DNA from: Fistulifera solaris
Taxonomy: Eukaryota
DNA: 64,000 bases
NCBI GenBank assembly: GCA_030295235.1
Contig: AP026138.1
Span: 682,001-746,000 of the forward strand
Direction of reading: 5' to 3'
The translations under genes were made by a program, and so were the position numbers. How positions within the stretch are numbered: position 1 is the stretch's first letter; every line of letters begins with the position of its first letter. A model generated the notes under the pieces. The model was not told where the DNA came from and did not search any database. It saw only the letters and a program-made list of their open reading frames with translations. Below are positions 49,972 through 61,309 of this stretch, one piece after another.

Positions 49972-50542
49972 ATCTCCGTGTATGAATTTTGGAAAAGACG
50001 TCGTCTCACCATGTTTGATGTATCTATCGTTGACACTGAGGCTGATTCCTATGTTACCACTGACCCTAAAATTCTTTTTAGCAAGACGAGCGAAAAGAGA
50101 AATTCGACAAACATGGCCCCAAATGTGAAGCCCAACGTATTGATTTCACCCCGTTGGTCTTTTCCGGCAGATGGATTGATTGGAAAGCAGGCTAATCTTG
50201 CGATCAAAAAGCTTGCTGGGAAATTAGCACTAAAATGGGACAAACAGTATTCTGTTGTATGTGGCTATGTCCGGCTCTCGATTGAGCATTTCCTTAGTCC
50301 GTTCCGTTTCTATGCTGTTGCGCAGCCAGTAGTGGTTTGCCCCTTAGCTCTCATCCGCTTTGGTTAGATGGTGCTGGTCTGTCTATCTACTAACCTTATC
50401 CTCAATGGTGCTCCTTCGCGATCTACCGTTTCCCTTCTGAGCGTACCAGATACGTCGTACAACTGATCCTCGTGTTAGACAAGCATAGTAGAGAAAGTAA
50501 TACTATAAAGGACAAGTTTCAAAAAAAAAAAAAAAAAAAAAA
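49972..50542 (+). mobile_element. 5'-truncated non-LTR retrotransposon remnant (restriction-like endonuclease, CRE-like) with a poly(A) tail
   Basis: Stitched across frames: ISVYEFWKRRRLTMFDVSIVDTEADSY...ERKEKFDKHGPKCEAQRIDFTPLVFS-DGLIGKQA..AIKKLAGKLALKWDKQYSVVCGYVR-RLSISLVRSVSMLLR. A short 3' UTR follows, then A22 at 50521-50542. Confidence 0.85.
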
Positions 50543-50947
50543 TTCAGGTGCGGCACTTTCTTGAGAAGTGACTTGAGTATTTCCTTCCTAGTCTTTCCCT
50601 AATTTGCGTTTGCGTACCATGTACAAATGCTAGCTGCTGCAATTAGAAAACTATAGAGATTCTGGCGCTTTTCTGCTAACGAGTAAGCGACGAACGCATT
50701 TGACTAAATAATGCATTTGACAAATGCTTTAAAAATGAAGCGTCGGCAAACATGGCATAGTTCTAGAGAGTTTCCGGTGGTACACTGACTTATCGTATCT
50801 GTATCCCTAGCTAAAACATCGACATGGTGTTCGCAACTCTCCCCTATAAACATCCTAAAGCATGTTCGAAACGAAACTACCAATGCTTGTGATTGCGTTT
50901 AAAGGAATGGTAGGCTACGAAAGCAAGTAGTACCTAAGTATGTTTGT

Positions 50948-51445
50948 TTAAAAGACACGGAACGACTTCTTTCCAGCAATCACACGCTGAGGCTCATGCG
51001 CCAAGACGTTGAAACGCACCGTCTTGCTCAAGGGACGGCACTGTCCGACGGTAACAATATCACCTTCCTTGACAGGGAATGCCGGACTGCAGTGCACCGC
51101 AATGTTCTTGTGACGCTTTTCGAATCGACGGTACTTTCGAATGAAATGCAAGTAGTCTCGTCGGACCACAATCGTTCTCTTCATCTTGGTGGAAATGACC
51201 AATCCCTTGAGAATACGTCCACGAATGGAAACGTTCCCAGTGAAGGGGCACTTCTTGTCGACGTAGTTTCCTTCAATGGCGGCCGCGGGCGTCTTGATGC
51301 CGAGACCTACGGATTTGAACCAGCGCATGGGTTTGTTGTCGGCACCGCCAATGGCACGCTTGCGGGCCACAAAGACGGCATCCTGTTTCTGGTAAGCTTT
51401 TTCGTGTTGATCACACTCAACATATTCACGGGGGACGCGCGGCAT
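50948..51445 (-). CDS. RPS11: 40S ribosomal protein S11 (uS17)
   Basis: [71 protein letters not shown]. Confidence 0.97.
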   Translation of the reverse strand: MPRVPREYVECDQHEKAYQKQDAVFVARKRAIGGADNKPMRWFKSVGLGIKTPAAAIEGNYVDKKCPFTGNVSIRGRILKGLVISTKMKRTIVVRRDYLHFIRKYRRFEKRHKNIAVHCSPAFPVKEGDIVTVGQCRPLSKTVRFNVLAHEPQRVIAGKKSFRVF

Positions 51446-51763
51446 GGTTGTTTTTTTGTTTTTAATCGACTAGAATGGAAAACAAACGTCGAAAGGAGCG
51501 CAAATGAGAACGATGCCGACAGAATTTGAGATGACATATTAAACACTACGGATATTTCTCTAATGAATAATCAATGAACAAAACAATGATTCGTACCTTC
51601 CAACGCAACAAAGAGGATTGTTTTCAAACTCGAGGGCCAGCTTGCAACACAATGAAAGGGCAAAAGCAAGGCGGATGCAAAAGTTAGTAGGGACGGTAAA
51701 CGGTAAAAGGGTGTGTTATCCTGAACCGTATTGTACTTCGTACACCCGCCTGACAAAAGAATC

Positions 51764-51963
51764 TATTATAGACCAAAGTGTTACTTACATTATCCACGAC
51801 TACAGTTCAGTCACGCGTAATGAATCAGATTTCTTCAGCATTTATTAAGCTCCATTTGTCGTTGCTGAAATGAAGTATCTTTTAGCAGCATTTCTATTAC
51901 ACTTCAATATAAATTCACGTCAAAGAGCCATGCAAAACGTTTCTGCTGCGTATTTTACTATAA
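51764..51963 (+). repeat. Family A copy: monomer tail, palindrome, and internally deleted monomer
   Basis: TATTATAGACCAAAGTGTT, TATCCACGACTA-CAGTT-CAGTCACG (51791-51815), AGCTCCATTTGTCGTTG, TTAGCAGCATTT, TTCACGTCAAAGAGCCATGCAAAACG, GTATTTTACTAT. Confidence 0.85.
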
Positions 51964-52092
51964 AGAAGTCGAGCCGCAGATTGTCGTGCCTCAGAACAAC
52001 AGTTTCATTTCACTGGTTTGGTTAGACAAACATTCTTCATTTCGGACACTGCGATGTCCTAAGCTGCATTTGCAACGCACGTCTCGCTTGTT

Positions 52093-52352
52093 GCGCCCAC
52101 ATTTCTTGGACATGTGAAAACACCACCCGCCCACGTTTTCTGGGTACGATGAAAAATGACGTCCCCACATTTTCTGGGGAAGTGAAGATGTTACACGCCC
52201 ACATTTTCTGGGTACGTCAAAAATGACTCGCCCACATTTTCTGGACACGTGAAAACATGACATGCCCACATTTTCCGGAGACGTCAAAACATCACGCGCC
52301 CTCCTTTTCCTGGGACGTGAAGTGAAAAGCGCCCAGATTTTTGGGACACGAC
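52093..52352. repeat. Tandem array of 8 units of 33-34 bp
   Basis: CCCAC-type cores at 52096, 52130, 52164, 52198, 52231, 52265, 52299 and 52332; consensus approximately CGCCCACATTTTCTGGNNACGTSAAAAMATGAC. Confidence 0.93.
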
Positions 52353-52438
52353 ACAACGCGATAACAACAACATGACAACAAAAAAATTACATTCTTGACA
52401 AGATTCTTCCTTTTTATTGTCTTTTCTCTTTCATATCA

Positions 52439-53968
52439 ATGGAAACACCACTTTTAGCATCACATCTCGACAACGAAGAGCCTTCCTTGTTATCGTTTTG
52501 GCCGGCAAATGATGATGATCCTTTGATATCGAATCCATTTTCTCGACTGCTCGAACAAAGGGCGCCGTCGCTGCTGCACTGGCGAACGACGAGGACTATC
52601 ACTCATTTCGTAGAAGAAAGCGGCACAGAGGAGTGGAATGCCGGTTATTGGTTGCTGGTGGGATCTGGAACCGCCTCATTGCTGCATTTGGGATTCATGT
52701 GGGGCGCGTTTGCCTCGACGAGTTGGTCGGTCACCTTTGTGACGATTCAAGCACCATTTGCCACAACATCTCTACCACTTCTGACGATTGATTTGGCAGG
52801 CATTCTCTCGCAATTTCAAAATGTGGCACTGTTAGGGATATCGGCTTTAGTCGTTCCTTGTGTTTTCATGGTTTCGGTACCCGCATTAATTCTGAGAGAT
52901 GCGCATCGGCCACGGAATTGGAACTGGAAACACTATTACGGCACCTCTCCTCGATCCGTTATGGAATGCTCTATACGATGGGCCCTATTTTTGTTTTATT
53001 TCTTGGCAGTATTGCAACTGGCAGTTGATTCCATGCAATTACATTGGACCGGATCATCGATTACGGTTCACTCTCAAGCCAAAGGAGGTCTCGTTGCCTA
53101 CGTGACGGGTGTTGCATCCGCACTTTTGGCATTGGTGTTTCTACGATGGCCTCCTTCGCAAATACACAACAATACTCGACCCGTTGCTACCGAAACCGCT
53201 CAGAATGAGCGGCCTCTCGTACGCACTGTTGTACCAAGTGAGGACGAAACACCATCTATGGTAGTCTTGGAAGATACGTCATTAATAGAAGGCCCCGTTG
53301 TCAGCTTTCATCCAGTACTGCACGATGAAAATGAGAACAATGGATCGTTATCGGTGGACGCACCTTGGTATGCAAACTTGCTAACTCCTACACACAAGTC
53401 ATTATTTTGCAGGACCGTTCTGATCTATCAACTTGGTCTATTCAGTGTTGTACTATGGATACCAGCTTATACGTTACCTCTGCTGCAATGGTCCTCACCG
53501 CAATTCAGTCCGGATCCTCAACCACTGACTTTATGGAGTCTTCCACAAATGCTGGGACAATCCGGAGCGGCCGCGGGGACATCGGACTGGATCATTGGAT
53601 TGCTTGGAATCGTACTGATGACCACCGTGTTTGTGGCACCGGTCATGGCACTCGCTTTGTCCATCGCCGTGTGGTGTGTGGCACCCAAACAGTCGCGAGT
53701 CTGTCAATCGTGGCTGTATGCCTGCCACCCTCTCATGGGATCGGCCGTGTGGTGCATGGCTCTATTGGTGCTGACCCCCGCGTTGGAGCCATGGAGTCGC
53801 CAATTGCTAGCGAACAACACAAACATTTGTCAAGCTATCCGTACGTGGGTGCCAGTCGACGATTGCATTCTTTTGCAAGCAGAATTTCAGCCTGGAGTTT
53901 TTCTATTGATTGTTCAAACAGTTTGTTTGGAGTTTTTTGTTGTGTTGACTTTACGATGGAGTGTTTGA
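52439..53968 (+). CDS. Multi-pass membrane protein (two hydrophobic halves; weak PqiA-like appearance)
   Basis: 509-codon intact ORF with about 8-9 hydrophobic segments separated by an acidic linker. Confidence 0.7.
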   Translation: METPLLASHLDNEEPSLLSFWPANDDDPLISNPFSRLLEQRAPSLLHWRTTRTITHFVEESGTEEWNAGYWLLVGSGTASLLHLGFMWGAFASTSWSVTFVTIQAPFATTSLPLLTIDLAGILSQFQNVALLGISALVVPCVFMVSVPALILRDAHRPRNWNWKHYYGTSPRSVMECSIRWALFLFYFLAVLQLAVDSMQLHWTGSSITVHSQAKGGLVAYVTGVASALLALVFLRWPPSQIHNNTRPVATETAQNERPLVRTVVPSEDETPSMVVLEDTSLIEGPVVSFHPVLHDENENNGSLSVDAPWYANLLTPTHKSLFCRTVLIYQLGLFSVVLWIPAYTLPLLQWSSPQFSPDPQPLTLWSLPQMLGQSGAAAGTSDWIIGLLGIVLMTTVFVAPVMALALSIAVWCVAPKQSRVCQSWLYACHPLMGSAVWCMALLVLTPALEPWSRQLLANNTNICQAIRTWVPVDDCILLQAEFQPGVFLLIVQTVCLEFFVVLTLRWSV

Positions 53969-54097
53969 CAACGAATAGAGGTGCCTCTTTTATAGGACCA
54001 GGTTTTGCCATTTGCTACAAAAATGTTTGAATTATTCTTTTGTTCATCTTATTGTTTAAAAATTGATAGCATGTTCGCGGCAGCCGTCTACTCGGCA

Positions 54098-54525
54098 TTA
54101 TTTTTGTAGAGACAACTCCATCTCCAGACGCTTTTGTAAGCGTCTATACGCATTGCATACGTGAACCGGATGGATCCATTGTCCTCTGACGAAAATAAAG
54201 TCTTGCTCTTCCTTCACCTCTCGCCAATCTCCATTCTCGTATGCAAATTCGATTTTGTTGCGTTTCTTATCACGAATCTGATCTTCTTCCGATGTCCACA
54301 AATTCTCCCGTTCCCAATTTGTATAATCCCTTCGATTCGGAATCGTTACTACGGAAACAACAGGGCAGAAGCGAATGGTGCGTTTGACAGAAGAAAGTCG
54401 TCGTAGTTCTCCTTTTCGACGAAGAAGGATGATTTACACGATAAAGGGCTTCGTCTTTTGAACGGCAACAGCTTGTTTTGATTCGTTCTTGCGTATGCTA
54501 GAGGAAATGAAAAGAGCGCCGTCAT
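54098..54525 (-). CDS. Small hypothetical protein of a diatom-style orphan family; probable indel near 54430
   Basis: The frame upstream of ORF 54098-54301 reads KRTIRFCPVVSVVTIPNRRDYTNWERENLWTSEED...RNKIEFAYENGDWREV...IHPVH; the likely start is MTALFSF at 54525. Confidence 0.6.
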
Positions 54526-55298
54526 TATATTATAGTGGAAAAGTATTATTGGATCGGCCATGAAAAATGAAAATCGAGTTAATTGTGAAATAATGTGTCG
54601 ATGAAAGGCAACGAGAAAAAAGGCGAAACGTTGTGATGGGGGACCGCGAATAAGATCGGGAGATCGGGAATCGGGATTGCAATGAACTTGAAAACCGCCG
54701 AACGCGGAACGCGGAACCGCGACCGGAGAAAGTGCGTACTGCGTACTGCGCACTACTTGTGGCTTACAGTCCCAAAATCCCAAAATATAAGCCCGTCCCG
54801 CGATAGTAAGAAGGAAAAACCGCCGAACTCAATCTTGTCAAGACTAAAAAAAAAAAAAAACCTTTTGAGCTATACATGAGGGATAGTCATCGGAAAACGA
54901 GAAACGAGAAACGAGAGTCGTAAAGTCATCGATCTTTCGTTCATGCGGTCATAAAGCCGCAGACTATTGTCCGTGGCCGAAATTACTACGAAGGTTACGA
55001 AACGCCGGTCTGAAGTGTCATGTACAATGTACTATAGAATGTAATGTTCTCTTTCATTCAGTCTAGTCTCACGTCATCACACTCACACCTCGTTGACGCT
55101 GTGTTTCTGCGACCGTCTGCACGACGCACACTCCTTTTGATGGGTCACGACATCTCGTGACTCATGATCGACCAACTGCAACCTGCAACCGGCGAAGCAT
55201 GGGCGTTGCACCGCAGAGCGATCATCAACTCAACACTAAACACCAGACGAGAGAAATGGTCACTTACTTCTTGCAGTCTTTATCATTGCAATATCAAA

Positions 55299-57449
55299 AT
55301 GATTTTATTTTCATTGTATAGAGGATTGTTGGTGTTAGTGCTGTTACTTGAAGCGGACGCTTTTTCTCTCGGCACAAGATATGCAACAATAAAAGCAGCT
55401 GCCCTCGCGAGAAATCTCGTCCGTTCGAGTCGAAACAGTCGAACAGCATCATCCTATGCGTCACTCTCCAGCGTATCCGAATCGACAACGGAAAATAATG
55501 ATGACTTAGACAACGAAGTCAGCAAATTTGAATCAAAGACGACAACCGAACCCGAATCCGCGAGTGCCAAATTGCGGCGACTCAAAGATCTCATGTGGGT
55601 CCGCGAGACGCTCGAGGATATGACAGCGGCCGAATTCGCCATTAGCGTCGAAACACTAGCCAGTGATCCCAAGCGCAAGCGAAAACGAGCGGTGGATTAT
55701 GAAAAACTGATTGGGCAACTCAACAAACGCATCCGCGATTTGGGCTGTGAAGGGCCCGAAGTTGGTGGCAAACCGGACGAAGAAACAGAATCATCGTCTT
55801 TGTTGAACTGTGCATTGCAACCTGGTGTGGGCATGGGTAGTGTCGTTTATACGGATAATGAGCGTACCGCGTTATTGGAGCGGATTGTGCGAACTCGGCA
55901 GTCGTTGCTGAATGTCGTACGAGACAACGAATTGGATGTTGAATCGAGTGAGATCGACCTGCCGTTTGCGATCTCGTTATTACCCGAAGTGGTGCGAGAA
56001 AAGTTACCATCAGGATCCAAAACAACCAAAGAAGGTTCGGATAAGTCTACGACGAGGACTAAGGAAACCAACGTACGTGAGAAAGATAGTAAAACCAATG
56101 ATCCCAATCTCTATGTCCGCGACGACGGTACTGTTGACTGGGACGGTGCGCTACAAGACCAGGCTGCTTTGCGTAAATTTGGGAAAGCCGTCTGGGCTCG
56201 CATTAATGGAAGAGATCCTGATCTGGCTATGGAAGACGAAACCGACGGAAATGGCAACGCGAATCATCACCAATCTCATGCACCAGCCAAAGTTGTCACA
56301 GCGCAGATTGAAGAGACACCGCAAATTAGAAAAGCCCGCAAGCGTTTGAATGAGCTAAAGAGCGAACTCAGCAAAGTAGAAGCCGAGCACATGGCTTTGT
56401 TGAATTCTGCCTTGAGCGCGGGGCAAGCCGTCGCCAACATTCGTCTTGCGTCTCTGGAACCGCAGCAACGAAACAAAATTCGGGCATCCGCCTTGTCTAT
56501 TGAGATTTTGAAAGAAAAGTTGGCATTTCAATCTCTCATCTATGATTTGGAGAGAATCTACACATATTTGCTGGGTGAACTGGGTAACACAGCTCTGAAA
56601 GGCTACATCCCACTTCAAGACCGTCTAAATGTCGCTGAATTTGGACTGCTTGCGGGGCAAATAGATAGTCTCAGTCGACAATTAGAAGCGGAAGAAAAGG
56701 TTGACGCTGATGTACTACTGGTTGTTACGGATCAAGTAACTGATTTTAAGCGGCGGCTGGGCATCGATTATCTTGTGACCGGTTTTTCCCTTGACGGAGA
56801 AAGTATAAAGCGTTGGTCCGTTGACCTTCTGGACAAAACAAAGAAAGGGTTGGCTTTCTACGTCAAAGGCGTGCGGCTTTTTTGGAATGATAATGTCTAT
56901 TGTTTACGGTTAATTAACCGCGCGGTGCAAGGTTACACATTGGAGCCACGAGAGGTTCGCACCCTTAGGTAAGACAAAGCTGGAAAGAACGTTGGATTTG
57001 AAAGTCGTAACTCAAATTTCGATTCCCGCCACAGACGAACTTTCAAGGATATCATTACTTTCATTCCATTCGTCATCATTTTAATCATCCCTTTGTCACC
57101 AATCGGACACGTTTTGGTATTTGGAGCAATCCAACGATTCTTCCCCGATTTCTTTCCAAGCTGTTTTACCGAGCAACGCCAAAATCTCTTACAGTTGTAC
57201 GAGACAGCCGAATACAGTGAAATGACAATAAATGAAAATTTCAGGGTAAGCGAACGCAGCCGCTGTCAATATGATTCGTCGTCGGCATCTCACTATTCGA
57301 TTTGTATCTGACAGGAAAAGCTATCTCGCCTTTTAGAAGCGTTTGTGTTTGCCATTGCGAACACGTCAAAAACCATTTATGTTTCAATGATTGGTCTAGC
57401 ACAGCGTGAACAGAACGCCGAATCGACAAATAAATCAGACGAAAAATAG
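55299..57449 (+). CDS. Plastid-targeted coiled-coil protein with a C-terminal LETM1-like domain; introns 56969-57034 and 57246-57314
   Basis: Signal peptide MILFSLYRGLLVLVLLLEADA-F; spliced [57 protein letters not shown]. Confidence 0.85.
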
Positions 57450-58062
57450 TTATTAAAGTAAACTCATATTGACTACTTCAGCGATTGCAAGTCTTAGCAA
57501 GTGGCTTGACATTGGAAGATGGCCAACTTCTATCTTGCTAGTCATTAGGTGAACTCTCTCTTGAGCGATGACGGCTAACGACAGAATGAATATCGTAGAT
57601 GCTAATTCAATCGGAATCTATCCTTTCTTCGTAAACGATTTAGTTCTTGTCCTTGGGTCCTTGTCCTCCAACTCCAAGCTTTGAGGAAAATTGACGAGAA
57701 AACAATTATTGACCTCTAGTCCACATGTTGGACTTATGGAGTATTTTAGCCTCATAGCTTATAGAAAGCGTTGGGCGTTGGGCGTTGGGCGATGATCGAT
57801 GAATCATTCGCATAGCCTAAGTAGACGAGAGGGCATAGCTAATAGACGGACACTGGACTTGAGAGTAGTAGTCACGTAAAACAGTGTCAATAATTAGGAA
57901 GAGGAGACGTACTGGTATCCAAAGACAGTACAAGTGCGTCAGATTTTGGTGCCGATCGTCACTGAAAAACGCAGTTGATTTTCCGGCGCATGAAGTTTGC
58001 TTCACATGGTCACATAAATCTCAAGCCACGAAGTTCACCATCATCGTCAAAAGTTCCGTGAT

Positions 58063-58922
58063 GTGGACGAAGATCTTCAAAAGAGACCGATGTTTCATCA
58101 TTATTTCACTCACAACTCTAGCCACCCTTACCGTTTCAATTGCAATCGAGGAACGATGCACTTGTGCTACCGATCGGCCGTTACGTTCAACAACATCGGC
58201 GTGCGAATGTTGGAGCGCGGGTTATATCAGCATGCGTACTTGACGTTCAGGGCTTCTGTCGTTTGCATGAAACGTTTCATAAATCTTAATCAAAGCAACA
58301 TTCTTGACCATGAGGACGAAGTTCGTTTTGCTACAAAAGTACATCACGATCTTCAACGAGCCAGAGAAAGGCTGTCCACAAATGATCAGTCATCAACACC
58401 AGAACTCGCCGTCGATTCAATTTCATACGATGGGCCATACCATCATACATCTATGATGACGGCTCTGTGGAGAACAAAACATACCCCAACGTGCATTCGT
58501 ATCAACTCTTTTCACACCTTTCCCGATTACCAGAACGATCATGAGCTCGAACCAGCTATCATACTGTACAACTTTGGAGTTTCTCATTTTTGTTTATCTT
58601 CACAAAAGAAAGACGAGAAGGCTTTACCTGAATGGCAATGCTCTTTTGATTTGTTCGAAATGTCATACGAGATGGTGGCAGGGGAAAACACGGGGTTTTG
58701 GGACTTTCGATCAATTTGTTCAGAAAGCCTTCCTTTGCTCTCACCCGAGCTTTGCTTGGAGCCCATTCATTAAGAAGTATGGCAAACGTGCTAGAGCTCA
58801 CGGGAAACCTCCATGGCGCCGCCAAGGCAAAGACAGCTCTTCAGAAGATTTTAATGGCTGTTGACGAGTTAGAAGAGACTTCCGAATCAAGTGTTGATTC
58901 GATAGCCGCCTCCGCAGCATAA
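58063..58922 (+). CDS. TPR-like helical protein of a diatom-style family; frameshift near 58740-58770
   Basis: AVTFNNIGVRMLERGLYQHA..F, AIILYNFGVSH, C-terminal IAASAA*. The start codon is uncertain. Confidence 0.65.
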
Positions 58923-58957
58923 CACTTATGCTAGAGTAAACTAACTATTATTATTGG

Positions 58958-59657
58958 TTACTTGAGCTCGCAAATCTCAATAACGGTGCTCAGACTATCT
59001 CTGGCGTCAATTACGTTTTTCTTTGCCCGTTCAATAAATAGCTCGACTCGGTCTTTGCCTCCACCAGGGTTCGCTTCACCCCAACTCGACACATAGGCCA
59101 TGTTGCTGGCTTCTTCAGCAGCCTCGCTGAATTTTTCTATAGCTTCGATGTAATCGGATTCTCGACTGGCCGGAACGAGCCTCTCCAGCCGTCTCATAGT
59201 CTTATCTGCTTTGAAAAGAGGATCCTTAATACTCTTAAAACCCATGTAGTCCATGACTTTCATGGGATTTCGTTCGCATCCTTTCGTACCCGTGTAAGGA
59301 TTGTCATTAGCTCCGCAGATTGTTGTTTCATCTACCCAGTTATCGAGAAGGTACGTGAGCCTTGACTGTCGAGTTCGCAGTAGCAAATTGTGAGCGGTGT
59401 GTCGAGGAACTAAGTTTGTCCACGGCGTCTACTACACTTACATAACCTTTTAAGATATTTTGTTTGTCAATTTCTTCTTGATCGGATTTCGCGACTGCCG
59501 CTTGCGATCGCGAAAGAGCACTCGAACTACCCAGAGCGCTGGCAACGGTTGCACCGAAACTTCGACGGCTCAACGTCGTCGAGGACTGACTTTCTATCGG
59601 CGAAACCGAATAGGCCGTCGCATACGTCACAAGCAAATACAACAAGGTTGCCCTCAT
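58958..59657 (-). CDS. Plastid, probably thylakoid-lumen, hypothetical protein; intron 59366-59441
   Basis: Signal peptide ATA-Y, twin-arginine SRRSF, A-rich helix ending AVA; mature part RLTYLLDNW...CERNP..VMDYMGFKS..PLF...SSWGEANPGGGKD. Confidence 0.75.
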
Positions 59658-59929
59658 GGTCAGCAGTACCTTTCAGTTATTCAACTCCTGATTTCAGAGT
59701 TGGCAAGATGCGAATGAAAAGATACTGACTCAACATTGTTGTGTTTTTATTGCGTCAAAATGCACGATGCACGTCTCTACGAATAGGCTTAACCTTGACC
59801 TTAACGCGATCATAGTAAACCCAAATAGCCTATATAACCTTTATCCTTACCGCATAACACACTATACATTAATAATCCAAAGAAACTCGGTGTTCTTGGT
59901 CGTCGACGCTAATTTTTGAGGAGGAGGGA

Positions 59930-60702
59930 AAGTTAGACTTTATGTAAGCAATGAGAAATGGACGACCATAAAGAATAAAAGGCGGAATGAAATCATTCAA
60001 AATGTTTTTCTCGAGATGGAAATCCAGTCGGACGACCCGTAAACCAACACTTTGATCGATAGTAAATTTTTAATGCACGAAGCTTCACGAGTAAAGAATG
60101 AGGTGTGTTTCGAAGAAGTGACTCACCTTTATTATAAAAAGTACGGAGTATCAAGTAGGTTTGTAAGCAATGAAACGACCATAAAGAAATGGGGGAGACG
60201 CGTAATAAAATCATACGGAGTATAAATAATTGTCTTTTCGTGACTGAAATCCAGTCGGACCACCCTTGAACTTACACTGTGATCGATAGTGGAATTTCAG
60301 TTTACGCTTGGGAAAGCTTCACGGGTGAATAATGAGATGTATTTCGGAGAAGCAGCTCACCATTATTATTAGACTCTATCAATTGAACGACCGTGGGCAG
60401 ATAAGGGAAACGGGATGAAAATCCACCGATTGTTTTTTTTGAGATAGAAATCCAGTCGGACCACCCGTAAACCAACACTATGATCTATAGTAGAATTGGA
60501 ATGCATATTCGGGAGCCTTAATGCTCTGGAAAAGCTCCTCTACCCAGTTTTAAGAAAAGAATAGTTTCGGTGAAAGATCTTGGGAAACGTCTCTTTTCAA
60601 ATCGATGTAGTCTACATTCAATCGATTTTTACGCTTACACCTTGTTAAAAGTTCCCACAATATTATTGCTCGGGTTACACCACGACTGACAGTCAGTCTT
60701 GA
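59930..60702 (-). repeat. Family A-related array of about 3.5 monomers in reverse orientation
   Basis: GAAATCCAGTCGGAC at 60019, 60246 and 60447, and CACGACTG-ACAGT-CAGTC at 60681 (periods 227, 201, ~240). The reverse complement ATTTACTATCGATCAAAGTGTTGGTT matches ATTTACTATGACCCAAAGTGTTGGTT at 17943. Confidence 0.8.
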
Positions 60703-61309
60703 GTCCTGAACAACACGGCCAAAAATGTCGCCATTTCGTCGAATGAAACGACAAAAATAAATTTCGCGGTCCTTGTTTGAAACAAGTTATTCCTGTTTAC
60801 GTTGTCGAAAAAGAGCCGTTTGTGTCATTTTCGGTTTTTACTGTTAGAGCCAAGGATCAACGACGATGGCCTCCTAAGAAGGCCCTCGTAACGGTAAAAA
60901 AAAGGAGAGGCATAAAACGCACATCGGAAAGTCTTTTTGTTTCAACTGACAGGACCGCCGAGATTTGGCCAGGTTAGTTTTGCTTTCGTAGAACGAGTAC
61001 ACTCGAAATCCTGTTTGTAACGAAAATAGTGAGACGCTCTCTATAAGTCTTGGCTTATCCGTTACACAGTTGTTCATAATTATGAGACGAAGATCAACGA
61101 AACCTACTCGTAATTTTCACATGGATGGAATCTTTGCAATACGACACGGAACTTTTATGCCGACGATACGGCACAATTTGAACATCGATTAAATCTAAAA
61201 CAGACAGGTAGAAGTGCGAAACATCTATTCCGAGTTGCAAGATCAGTATAAGATAGACTTTATCATTCATTCCAGCTCTTGAAACATACTTCTTTTGCCC
61301 ATAAACATC

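Noticed and set aside
50545..50940. Another ~210-bp tandem repeat
   Set aside because: Only very short, weak matches; cannot be supported by eye.
52093..52352. TIGR-like or CRISPR-like guide array, and ORF 51991-52356
   Set aside because: Variable blocks are short and mutually related, there are no consistent box C/D motifs and no Nop-domain or nuclease gene nearby; the ORF is a repeat translation.
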